Shown here: piece after piece, positions 44,278-51,753 of the stretch
Numbering within the stretch: the first letter of the stretch is position 1
How the letters are laid out: each line of letters opens with the position of its first letter
Origin: a virus
Direction: 5' to 3' (one strand)
Length of the DNA stretch: 51,896 nt
Virus record (IMG/VR): IMGVR_UViG_3300035494_000021
Coordinates: 1 to 51,896 of that record
Notes under the pieces: model-generated
Database searches by the model: none
What the model saw: the letters and a program-made list of their open reading frames with translations, nothing else
What the model was told of the DNA's origin: nothing
Position numbers and translations under genes: made by a program

Positions 44278-44979
44278 TTAACGGTTAAGTACTTTAACCG
44301 CACGCAGTACGACTTCGCGCATTAATGGCTTAGTCCAGTCCTCTTTCACCTTTTGGCGATGAGGTAGTTTAATGCAAATTACTTGACGTAGTTTGCCGTT
44401 TTCTCGAAACGTGTAACGACCATTATAAGTTTTGGAGTTACGCTTTTCGACAAATTCAGAGCCATTCAAGCCATATCGGATGAACTTGTTACGCTGAATT
44501 GAGTTTGGAACTTGCAATTTACAATACTTTAGTGCTTGCTCATAAAGGTAAGCCAAGTCAGTCCAAAGTATATTCTCTTGCAATGCTTCCAGTTCAGAGA
44601 TAAGCGAGATAGCTAGCTTATGCTCTGGTAATTCGGAGATGGCGCCGATGCGACTTTTCTGGTTATAGTTGAAATAACCTTTTGCCGCTTCACCCAGTAT
44701 CGCACAGCCTGCAATATAGGTACGCCCTTCTTCTTGAGCCGCTGCTCGGAACATGTCTTCCGTACAGTGCTTCATGATGCCAACTGGTACTTTAGTTGAA
44801 CGAACAATATTTGCTGCTTCTTTCAGCTTCAGTTTCACCCAATCTTTCTTTCGGATATCGCCATCGACAGCATCCCAATAGACGATCAGCTCTTCTTTGG
44901 CTAAGAATGCTGCATCATGATCGTCCAACCAAGATTTAATGATATCCAGTACGATCTCTTGATCTTGGTTGAACTCCAT
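44278..44979 (-). CDS. Hypothetical protein
   Basis: 233-aa ORF. Confidence 0.6.
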   Translation of the reverse strand: MEFNQDQEIVLDIIKSWLDDHDAAFLAKEELIVYWDAVDGDIRKKDWVKLKLKEAANIVRSTKVPVGIMKHCTEDMFRAAAQEEGRTYIAGCAILGEAAKGYFNYNQKSRIGAISELPEHKLAISLISELEALQENILWTDLAYLYEQALKYCKLQVPNSIQRNKFIRYGLNGSEFVEKRNSKTYNGRYTFRENGKLRQVICIKLPHRQKVKEDWTKPLMREVVLRAVKVLNR

Positions 44980-44987
44980 GTTGTTCC

Positions 44988-45236
44988 TTACACTAGGTGT
45001 TTGTTTGGTACTTTGATTGTAATTCCACGAATCACAACCGCAGATGTTTTAAAGCCACACTTGTCAACGCGTGCCAAGCAGCCACGACCAACATTGATCG
45101 CACCCACTGGGAGCATGCCTGCGTTTACAAGTTTGCTATGAAGGGTTTGTGTCTCCAACATTACGTTGACGACACGGCCTTCAGTTGGGATAGACGCGCC
45201 AAAGCGGCGCGCCAGTGCTAAAAATAGTTTCTTCAT
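44988..45236 (-). CDS. Small hypothetical protein
   Basis: 82-aa ORF. Confidence 0.55.
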   Translation of the reverse strand: MKKLFLALARRFGASIPTEGRVVNVMLETQTLHSKLVNAGMLPVGAINVGRGCLARVDKCGFKTSAVVIRGITIKVPNKHLV

Positions 45237-45247
45237 CAGAGACTCTC

Positions 45248-45742
45248 TTAGAATGGGGTGTAGTTAGGGTGACGCGGATCAGTCTTCGGAATTGGTTTTC
45301 CATGCTCATCCAGTACAAGGACTTCAGCTTGTGCCTGAGGCATTACTTGAGCCATTGAGGTCGGGGCTTGAGACTGCGCATCTCCTTGCGGATAAGCTTG
45401 TTGAACAGTTGCTCCACCTGCTTGTCCGTTAACTTGTCCACCATTCGAGCGGCTTTGAAAGGAGCGCTCACGCTCTTCATGCTTCGCAGCTTGCTCTGGA
45501 GTTGATGGAGTAATTGAGTTCGAAAGGAACTGCTCACCAGTGCCACGTGCATATTGAATCCACGTTGCAACTTCGTGCCATACGCCGTTAAGCTTCACTG
45601 CACCAAAGTAGTGCGGAGCGCGGTCATTGCGTCGGTTACGTGCGGTCAGTAGGTTGAACTGAGCGACAGGTTGTTGGAACTGTTGACCACCTTGTGCAGG
45701 GTTTTGTTGCATATCTGGGTGGTTAAGTGCTGGAGTTGTCAT
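45248..45742 (-). CDS. Gln-rich hypothetical protein ending ...NYTPF
   Basis: 164-aa ORF. AAGGAA RBS. It is the first gene downstream of motif copy b. Confidence 0.6.
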   Translation of the reverse strand: MTTPALNHPDMQQNPAQGGQQFQQPVAQFNLLTARNRRNDRAPHYFGAVKLNGVWHEVATWIQYARGTGEQFLSNSITPSTPEQAAKHEERERSFQSRSNGGQVNGQAGGATVQQAYPQGDAQSQAPTSMAQVMPQAQAEVLVLDEHGKPIPKTDPRHPNYTPF

Positions 45743-45815
45743 GATATTTTCCTTCTCTTGACTTTGTCTTCTTTAAAATGACAGAACATTTGCGTGACGG
45801 GATTGTCACAACCAG

Positions 45816-45842
45816 TTGATAAATGAACCATTCATCTATCAA
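45816..45842. promoter_or_regulatory. 27-bp near-perfect palindrome abutting motif copy b (operator or 5' RNA hairpin)
   Basis: TTGATAAATGAA-cca-TTCATCTATCAA: 12-nt arms with one mismatch. It begins 3 nt downstream of the CTAG of copy b. Confidence 0.5.
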
Positions 45843-45845
45843 TAT

Positions 45846-45870
45846 CTAGTGGGCAAGCGTAGCGAGCCCT
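45846..45870 (-). promoter_or_regulatory. Promoter-like motif copy b (AGGGCTC-N14-CTAG)
   Basis: Minus strand reads AGGGCTCGCTACGCTTGCCCACTAG followed by ATATTGATAG. It overlaps the stop of the 47-aa ORF. Confidence 0.55.
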
Positions 45871-46013
45871 TATTGCGGTAGAACTGATGCGATTACGATA
45901 ACAACGAACACGATCAAGATACCTTTCCAGATAGTTAGAAAGATACCGTCGCCTTCGTCTTTGTAATAAGTATTACCATTCGAATCACGCCAGCGGTCAG
46001 GGTTATTTGACAT
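45870..46013 (-). CDS. Small membrane protein (47 aa, below the ORF-track cutoff)
   Basis: Hand translation gives MSNNPDRWRDSNGNTYYKDEGDGIFLTIWKGILIVFVVIVIASVLPQ, with a C-terminal TM helix and an AGGAA RBS. An alternative ATG lies 6 nt upstream. Confidence 0.5.
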   Translation of the reverse strand: MSNNPDRWRDSNGNTYYKDEGDGIFLTIWKGILIVFVVIVIASVLPQ

Positions 46014-46025
46014 TTGCATTTCCTT

Positions 46026-46074
46026 CTAGTAAATACAATCAAGAGCCCTCCGCAATGGAAGTGAGAGGACTCTT
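46026..46074 (-). promoter_or_regulatory. Hairpin plus degenerate promoter-like motif (GAGGGCTCTTGATTGTATTTACTAG)
   Basis: 10-bp stem, 46041-46050 with 46065-46074 (a G-U pair only on the minus strand). The 3' arm carries AGGGCTC, and a CTAG lies 13 nt further on at 46026-46029. Confidence 0.35.
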
Positions 46075-46082
46075 TGTTTTAT

Positions 46083-46697
46083 TTACTTCACACTGATGAC
46101 ACGAACCACTTGTGGAATGTCTTCAATAGTTAGCGTAGTGATTTGCGCAAAGACTTCGTAGCTTCCCGGTGGTAGGCCAGCTAGGTCGTCTTGTGAATGC
46201 GCAAAACGTTGAATGCCTTTCGATGCATCACGCAGGTAGCATGGGAACATCATAGCCATTTGTAAATCTGCAATTGGCAGTTCTGGGTCAGGCATTTGTA
46301 GTTTTGGAGCAACCGCGATTAGTGTATCAACCATCTTCTTCATCGATGCATGGTTTGGTACACCACCTGATTGGCGGTATGATACGTTTACAGCTTGGAT
46401 ATCCATCGCATACGCTTCATACTTCTTCAGGTAGCCTTTGTGGTTGAATGACGGTGTTGTATTTCGTGCGTACGAATCCACAGAGATGTAGATTGAGTTG
46501 CGACAGAATTCCGCCGAGTATTCAGAACCAGATAGGCCATCATTCCAGCGAATTGAGACCTTACCATTTTCTTTGGTGCCACGGACTTCGGTTACTTTAC
46601 CAAGGCGGCCACGTTGGTTTTGGTTGTTGCCAACATGCATAACATGGTCGCCAACACGAGCCATGCGTTGTGGGTGCATTGGAAGATACATAGGCAT
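46083..46697 (-). CDS. Hypothetical protein
   Basis: 204-aa ORF. TAATG overlap with the upstream gene. Confidence 0.6.
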   Translation of the reverse strand: MPMYLPMHPQRMARVGDHVMHVGNNQNQRGRLGKVTEVRGTKENGKVSIRWNDGLSGSEYSAEFCRNSIYISVDSYARNTTPSFNHKGYLKKYEAYAMDIQAVNVSYRQSGGVPNHASMKKMVDTLIAVAPKLQMPDPELPIADLQMAMMFPCYLRDASKGIQRFAHSQDDLAGLPPGSYEVFAQITTLTIEDIPQVVRVISVK

Positions 46698-46879
46698 TAT
46701 GCTAGTACCTCTTTAACATTTTCGCGCAAGAATACTTTCTGTGCACGAGTGTATTTGACGTGCTTGAACACCGCATCCAGTTTACGGGTCGAGCTGAAGA
46801 TCACTTTGCCGTTACGAACTAGTTCATACGTAGTGACCAGAAGTTTTACGCGTTTGCGAGGAGTACGTGGAGCTGACAT
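46697..46879 (-). CDS. Small basic hypothetical protein
   Basis: 60-aa ORF with a GGAGGTG RBS. Confidence 0.65.
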   Translation of the reverse strand: MSAPRTPRKRVKLLVTTYELVRNGKVIFSSTRKLDAVFKHVKYTRAQKVFLRENVKEVLA

Positions 46880-47016
46880 TATTTCACCTCCACACGGTTG
46901 TTGCGTTTGATTGCACGGCCAAGCAACAGGCCAAGTTTTAGAGCACCGCGTTCTGCAGCCATGATTTGATTGGTACGCTTTTGCACGTTACGTGCGAACT
47001 TAGATGATTTACGCAT
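46879..47016 (-). CDS. Small highly basic protein (45 aa, below the ORF-track cutoff)
   Basis: Hand translation gives MRKSSKFARNVQKRTNQIMAAERGALKLGLLLGRAIKRNNRVEVK. GAGGA RBS. TAATG overlap with the next gene. Confidence 0.45.
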   Translation of the reverse strand: MRKSSKFARNVQKRTNQIMAAERGALKLGLLLGRAIKRNNRVEVK

Positions 47017-47087
47017 AATGATTATCCTCTAGCTATGCGTTGTACTTACGGGTTATGTAAAGCTACTCAATGAATAGATTTACATAA

Positions 47088-47111
47088 GCGCCCTACCATA
47101 GTGTAAGGCGC
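47088..47111 (-). terminator. Hairpin (weak terminator candidate)
   Basis: On the minus strand, GCGCCTTAC-ACTATG-GTAGGGCGC (9-bp stem with one G-U) is followed by TTATGTAAAT, a poor U tract. Confidence 0.3.
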
Positions 47112-47194
47112 AGGTTGTGGTCACCACCCGAAATTACGGCATCCGCTTCCAAGTGAGTTTGCGGATGACGAATCGAGGATGACGAGGGTTTAAA

Positions 47195-47398
47195 TTACAC
47201 GAAAGCGTGGTGAGTCTCTCGCGTGTAAAGCGGTGGAGCTTTGACAGCCTTAGCGTTATTACGAGCAATAAGACCTGCCATGCCACGGGATTTCTTAGGG
47301 TCTTTACGATCAATGTCAGTTGAAACCACGCCAACATAATCAGATGTACTAGATAAGCCACGTGAACGACTCCCTGTTGTTGAGTTTTCTGCATACAT
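47195..47398 (-). CDS. Small hypothetical protein (frame choice uncertain)
   Basis: 67-aa hydrophilic ORF. It overlaps an alternative 86-aa ORF (47134-47394) in another frame. Confidence 0.4.
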   Translation of the reverse strand: MYAENSTTGSRSRGLSSTSDYVGVVSTDIDRKDPKKSRGMAGLIARNNAKAVKAPPLYTRETHHAFV

Positions 47399-47402
47399 AG
47401 TT

Positions 47403-47726
47403 TTAGTATCCTAAAGCTAATGAATCACAAGCACCGCAATACATATCGTGTATCACAGTGCCACAAGATTTACATGTTGGTTCGCTAGGAACCTTCTCTG
47501 ATTCAAGTTGAGTATAGTCGTGAGTCAATTCGTAATCAGGCATATCTAATTCCCACGGGTGGGTTGGCTGATATGAAGCCAAGTAGGTATCTGTAACAGC
47601 ACCTACAAATTCCTTAGTTGGAATTTCGTAATGGGCAATGCTGTTAGAGATACTCACCTCTACAAGAACAAAGTCCTCGTATTTGTGAGCGTAGATACGT
47701 CTAACAGCAGCAAGGTTATTAAACAT
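47403..47726 (-). CDS. Hypothetical protein with C-terminal CxxC...CxxC zinc ribbon
   Basis: ATG at 47726 follows AGGAG. C-terminus CKSCGTVIHDMYCGAC. Confidence 0.6.
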   Translation of the reverse strand: MFNNLAAVRRIYAHKYEDFVLVEVSISNSIAHYEIPTKEFVGAVTDTYLASYQPTHPWELDMPDYELTHDYTQLESEKVPSEPTCKSCGTVIHDMYCGACDSLALGY

Positions 47727-47743
47727 AAATACGCTCCTGTTAC

Positions 47744-47998
47744 TTACCAAGCCATGCCAGTCAGGAATAGCTCACGGTCGTCAGCATTCAGCATGTACAT
47801 ACAGTTTTGAATGCTTTCGCCGTTCAACCACTGCGAATACTGGTCAACAGATACAGGCAGTTGTTTACGAGTTTCTTCACCCAATGGGCTACGGAAGGTA
47901 AATAGAATGCCACTGCGTCTAACAATGGCATGAATTACGGCTTTGTGGGTACCAAGTTCAGTACCCACAGCTACACCGCATGTAAATTGGTCTGACAT
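47744..47998 (-). CDS. Small hypothetical protein
   Basis: ATG at 47998 follows GGAGGA. 84 aa. Confidence 0.6.
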   Translation of the reverse strand: MSDQFTCGVAVGTELGTHKAVIHAIVRRSGILFTFRSPLGEETRKQLPVSVDQYSQWLNGESIQNCMYMLNADDRELFLTGMAW

Positions 47999-48020
47999 GT
48001 TAATGTCCTCCAATCAGTGC

Positions 48021-49043
48021 TCAGATTACACGGATGTCTAGATCACTCAACTCAATAGGTTGTAACATCACCTTCTTACCAGTACGGTTTAGGATGTCTT
48101 TATCCATGATTTGAGCACGTTTCTTGTTGTGATCAGCCAGAGCCATCAGAACGTCACCATTGGCAACAGCTTCTAGGATGGTGGCTTGATCACTTTTGTC
48201 TGTCGCCACATCTTTGATGACTAGCACTACAGACTCTTTTGCGTCGAGACCTTTATCGGCATCAACAAATTGGATATCCACGATACGACGTGACATAGAT
48301 TTCTCTCCAGAATTGGTTTCAATGAATGCATCAACAGGGATTTCTGTGATGCTTGGTTTCACCTCTACTTGCAGATCGACATCCAGCTCGTCTTGATTGA
48401 GTTGAACTTTAGGTTCTGCAAGCATGTGCGGGTAACGCACTTCCCATTGCTTCACAACGCCGTGAATAATGGATTTGATTCGGTCTTGAGATACTCGCCC
48501 ATCTGACAGATGCAAGCATACGGCACTTGTCAAACTGTCGCGTAGCTCTTGAATAGCACCCTCTTTCGAAGTGCAGATTGGATGGCTGCGGGTACGCTTT
48601 CTTGCTGCGCGAGCTCGGAACTGTTCGCACGTTTCACCGCGTCGGCGGCTAAGACCTATCAGACTAGCTAATTGGTCTAGCTCCGCACCAGTTGCACCCA
48701 TCGGTGTAATCACATGAGAATGATCACTTGGTAGCTGTGCAGGACTGGCAGGCTTAATTGGCGCATGCGAGTGTGGTGTATTATCGCTAAGGTTGCGGTA
48801 TTGCTTCAGCAACTCTCCCTTTGCAATCTGTCTTGCAGCAATGCCAGAACACAAAGTTTTGGAGTACCACTCAATCAGTCCTTCAGGAGAATCAAATTTA
48901 TACTCTCCTTGGCAGTGTGTGCTGGTGTATACAGTTTGATACCCCCCCAACCAAGGGCTGAAAGGATTCTCGATTTGTTCAGCATAGCCACCACACACCT
49001 CTTTCAGCCATTTCAGTTGGTCTTGGTTAGGTGTTGTTGACAT
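48021..49043 (-). CDS. Hypothetical protein
   Basis: ATG at 49043 follows GGAGG. 340 aa. No motif recognised. Confidence 0.6.
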   Translation of the reverse strand: MSTTPNQDQLKWLKEVCGGYAEQIENPFSPWLGGYQTVYTSTHCQGEYKFDSPEGLIEWYSKTLCSGIAARQIAKGELLKQYRNLSDNTPHSHAPIKPASPAQLPSDHSHVITPMGATGAELDQLASLIGLSRRRGETCEQFRARAARKRTRSHPICTSKEGAIQELRDSLTSAVCLHLSDGRVSQDRIKSIIHGVVKQWEVRYPHMLAEPKVQLNQDELDVDLQVEVKPSITEIPVDAFIETNSGEKSMSRRIVDIQFVDADKGLDAKESVVLVIKDVATDKSDQATILEAVANGDVLMALADHNKKRAQIMDKDILNRTGKKVMLQPIELSDLDIRVI

Positions 49044-49044
49044 A

Positions 49045-49713
49045 TTAGCCTCCAAATCGTGCCAAGATACGGTCGCCGATGTCATCTTCCATCAGGCCTT
49101 TGGTGAAGAAATCTTGCACCAGATTGTGACGCATCAGTGCTTTAGCTTTACGCTTTTCAGCACCGTGTTCATCTTCACGAGTCTTCTCGTAGTGGAATGG
49201 CTTACGCCAATCATACAGAGAATGAATGCCGCCGAATTCATCGAACCAGAATTTGTTGATATCTGCGTCGAATGAATTAACTACATCAGTAATCGTTTGA
49301 TGCTCTTCTGTGTAGAAGATCAGATCAAATTCTTGCTTGTATAGTTTCAGCTTCATCACACAAACCAGACGGCCATCACCGTAGTCTGGGTGCTGTTCAA
49401 AGATTTCTGGTGGATTGCCAGCAGCACCTAGGCCATACTCTTCATCAAAGTAGTTGCGCAAGTCCCACGCTGCACTAAGCGCTTCGCCACGATCGTTGAA
49501 GCCAAAGAGGTTGATGTCGACATCACCTTTGCCTTTTACGTCCAAACCTTGTGATGCAAAGTGCAGATCACGTACTAGGCCACCAGCAATAGCAGCATCA
49601 GCATGAAGATCCATAGCTTTCAAACACAACTTGATTTCAGACAATAGCTCTTTACCAGCAAGAGCTGCTGTGGTTAGTGTGCCAGTTAGTACTACAATAT
49701 TCAGTTTACTCAC
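49045..49713 (-). CDS. Pol-beta-superfamily nucleotidyltransferase, CCA-adding/poly(A) polymerase head-domain-like
   Basis: AGGLVRDLHF-x10-GKGDVDINLFG resembles the GG.VRD ... DxD signature of class II tRNA nucleotidyltransferases. GTG start follows GGAG. Only 222 aa. Confidence 0.5.
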   Translation of the reverse strand: MSKLNIVVLTGTLTTAALAGKELLSEIKLCLKAMDLHADAAIAGGLVRDLHFASQGLDVKGKGDVDINLFGFNDRGEALSAAWDLRNYFDEEYGLGAAGNPPEIFEQHPDYGDGRLVCVMKLKLYKQEFDLIFYTEEHQTITDVVNSFDADINKFWFDEFGGIHSLYDWRKPFHYEKTREDEHGAEKRKAKALMRHNLVQDFFTKGLMEDDIGDRILARFGG

Positions 49714-49746
49714 GGTATTTCTCCATGTTGTTTGTTAATCACAATC

Positions 49747-49770
49747 AGGAGCCCTCTTTCGAAGACTCCT
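49747..49770 (-). promoter_or_regulatory. Bulged hairpin carrying GAGGGCTCCTGATTGTGATT
   Basis: AGGAG (49747-49751) pairs with CTCCT (49766-49770), and TCTT with AAGA around a TCG loop. The 3' flank resembles the element at 46026-46050. Confidence 0.3.
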
Positions 49771-49781
49771 TGTTGTGACCG

Positions 49782-50099
49782 CTATTTCTCTGGGAGTTGA
49801 GATAGATACGAATCAAGATATTTCTTAATTGTATCTCCATGGCATCGTTTAGGAGCACACCAGCATTGCAAGTTAACATCACCTGTTCTTGCCAGCGTGT
49901 ATATACGACGCAGTTCCTTCATAAAGACTGGATTCTTATTCGCAACTTGTTGATTGAAATACTCTTCATATTTCTCACAAACCTCATCACGTTGAGATTC
50001 AGTCTCCATTTTGAATGGATTGCCCAGAACACTTGTACGATCAATTTTCACATTGATTGCATCTGATTTGTTTCGCCAGACTCTTCCTACGGTAATCAT
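49782..50099 (-). CDS. DUF4326-like protein
   Basis: VLGNPF ... LQCWCAPKRCHGD matches the DUF4326 pattern as I recall it. ATG at 50099. Confidence 0.55.
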   Translation of the reverse strand: MITVGRVWRNKSDAINVKIDRTSVLGNPFKMETESQRDEVCEKYEEYFNQQVANKNPVFMKELRRIYTLARTGDVNLQCWCAPKRCHGDTIKKYLDSYLSQLPEK

Positions 50100-50344
50100 A
50101 CGCCCACCAACAAGCAAAGACCATCAGCGATAGATTCAGCAGCACAAGTTACAAAGATAAGTGCCGCCGCAATTAGCATGTGTTTTACAGTCATGATACC
50201 CATACCAGTCTCAAGGCCACTACAGCCAATGATACGACCGCCACTGCTTGGCAGACGTCTTTTCGAACACCCGCGATTAGCAGTAGCATGATTGCCCCAG
50301 TTAGACTTAGAGCCATTATTCCTAGGGCTGCTGTCATAAAGCAT
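50096..50344 (-). CDS. Small hypothetical protein with C-terminal hydrophobic segment (start uncertain)
   Basis: 82-aa ORF. Internal starts at MGIM or MTVKH would give a ~35-aa membrane peptide (HMLIAAALIFVTCAAES). Confidence 0.35.
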   Translation of the reverse strand: MLYDSSPRNNGSKSNWGNHATANRGCSKRRLPSSGGRIIGCSGLETGMGIMTVKHMLIAAALIFVTCAAESIADGLCLLVGV

Positions 50345-50660
50345 TTCTTACAGATTTGATAATCTGATCAGCATATCCTTTATCACACGCACCCGAATGG
50401 ACAGCATCGCCCAGTACAGGAATTAGTTTCTCGCCACCACGAACACGTTCTAGGAGACGATCAGCAAACGCCATAGTCATGGTGTCTGAGTCAACCATAG
50501 CGATACAAACAGACTCAATAGCAGTGATGTTAGTTAGGTTCGACATATCTCGGTTCTCCTGAATGATTTCTCGTAAGCGAGCTAATGAAGATTTAGGCCA
50601 TGAGTTAAGCATGTTGTTCTCCATCAGAATGAATAAAAAGTACTCTACTATCAACGGCAT
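50334..50660 (-). CDS. Hypothetical protein with one VDSDT-type repeat (paralogous to 2364-2705)
   Basis: ATG at 50660 lies 8 nt after GGAGG. An alternative ATG is at 50612. Contains CIAMVDSDTMTMAFADRLL. It is the first gene after the long control region. Confidence 0.6.
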   Translation of the reverse strand: MPLIVEYFLFILMENNMLNSWPKSSLARLREIIQENRDMSNLTNITAIESVCIAMVDSDTMTMAFADRLLERVRGGEKLIPVLGDAVHSGACDKGYADQIIKSVRNAL

Positions 50661-50811
50661 CGGAGTCACCTCCAGTAGAGCGAAAGGGAGTAAGGGAGTT
50701 TAGGCGTTGTGTCATCTAGGTGCCTTGACCACTATCACATTCTCTTAGCGTTAGGAATGAGTACGGAACAATTTACAGAGTTATCGGTTGTTCAGTCGAT
50801 ATTACCAAAAT

Positions 50812-50835
50812 CTAGTGGGCGAGCGTAGCGAGCCT
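50812..50835 (-). promoter_or_regulatory. Promoter-like motif copy c (AAGGCTC-N14-CTAG)
   Basis: Minus strand reads AAGGCTCGCTACGCTCGCCCACTAG followed by ATTTTGGTAA. It lies ~150 nt upstream of the first early gene. Confidence 0.55.
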
Positions 50836-50899
50836 TTGGCTTTTAGCTTTCCCTCTAGGGCTAGGTTCTGTTGGAAATCACGAGTGACATAAGTCATTC

Positions 50900-50960
50900 A
50901 TAGATTACTCATAATTATAATGTTAACTAATATTATAATCATAATTATGAATAATAGACA
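50900..50960. other. AT-rich block with repeated TCATAATTAT
   Basis: Reads ctcataattataatgttaactaatattataatcataattatgaataataga. TCATAATTAT occurs twice, 30 nt apart. Confidence 0.6.
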
Positions 50961-51014
50961 TCTTGTTGTAGACAGTGTCTGTGACACATATTCATACAAC
51001 ACTAGTTACAATTG

Positions 51015-51436
51015 GGTCGATACGACCATATTATAGAGCGAAGCTCATTATGACAGTTACGGACATCTTCATACCTATTATGGCCTTTATGTTGACCGTT
51101 ACGGTCTTATGTAGGTGAACGACGTATCATACCTATTGTCTGTGCCTGACGTTCTGTACCTTGCGGTGTGAAGTCGTAGAGTCACTCCACAGTCACTTAC
51201 AAACTCATACCACAAAGGCATAAGCAGTTAAGGACATACGACCGAAGCGGTCATAGTCACTCACACACCCAGAGCGGATTCAGCTCAACAAGGACAGACA
51301 TCGGGTACACCATAATCATACTACATAGTCATACAATAATAGGGTCGTTCCGACCATAATACTGAGGCGATGCAGGTTATGTTTCAGCAGATGCTGATGA
51401 TGTAGTAGAACCTGAGGTCTATGGCTCGTCTCGAGC
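51015..51436. repeat. Array of five 13-nt hairpins (5-bp GC-rich stem, 3-nt loop)
   Basis: The five are GGTCG-ATA-CGACC (51015-51027), GACCG-TTA-CGGTC (51094-51106), GACCG-AAG-CGGTC (51240-51252), GGTCG-TTC-CGACC (51343-51355) and GCTCG-TCT-CGAGC (51424-51436). The first and fourth share ~55 nt of flanks (TCATACAA ... CGACCATAWTAYWGAG.CGAWGC). Confidence 0.75.
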
Positions 51437-51592
51437 TTATTAGTCATACTCATAATCAGCCAGCTTGATATATGGGCGACTTTCAAAGTCCGAGACGTCT
51501 GGCAACCATTGCTGGCGACCTTAGGTTCCTTTGGTGCGTACTAGCGTGAGTTTCCAAAGCGGAGAACATTACGGCATATACACTACCAATAT

Positions 51593-51615
51593 CTAGCGGG
51601 CGAGGTACGAGCCCT
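51593..51615 (-). promoter_or_regulatory. Promoter-like motif copy d (AGGGCTC-N12-CTAG)
   Basis: Minus strand reads AGGGCTCGTACCTCGCCCGCTAG followed by ATATTGGTAG. Confidence 0.55.
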
Positions 51616-51720
51616 TTCCCTTATGGTTACTTTGTTACTTATGATATAATCAGCATTTGGAGTAAATACAACCGGAGCATCTTATACCTATGTTGCTTGA
51701 TGGGTTCTCCACTCCTGCCC

Positions 51721-51743
51721 CTAGTGGGCGACAACGGAGCCCT
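51721..51743 (-). promoter_or_regulatory. Promoter-like motif copy e (AGGGCTC-N12-CTAG)
   Basis: Minus strand reads AGGGCTCCGTTGTCGCCCACTAG followed by GGGCAGGAG. Confidence 0.5.
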
Positions 51744-51753
51744 AGTGCTGTTC

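Noticed and set aside
896-50066. All plus-strand ORFs in the supplied track (for example 896-1153, 3594-3941, 13654-14121, 15129-15626, 15331-15885, 17767-18189, 31580-31951, 35378-35923)
   Set aside because: Each lies entirely inside a longer minus-strand ORF that has recognisable motifs or tight RBS and stop-start coupling. None has an upstream Shine-Dalgarno that I could see. Their compositions (Ser/Arg/Cys/Leu-rich) are typical of antisense shadows.
51029-51035. Host sigma70 promoters at TATAAT-like hexamers next to the hairpins (CTCTATAATATGG and CTCAGTATTATGG on the minus strand) and in the AT-rich block
   Set aside because: I found no acceptable -35 hexamer at 16-18 nt spacing for any of them. 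TATAAT-like strings are expected by chance in AT-rich DNA. I left them unannotated.
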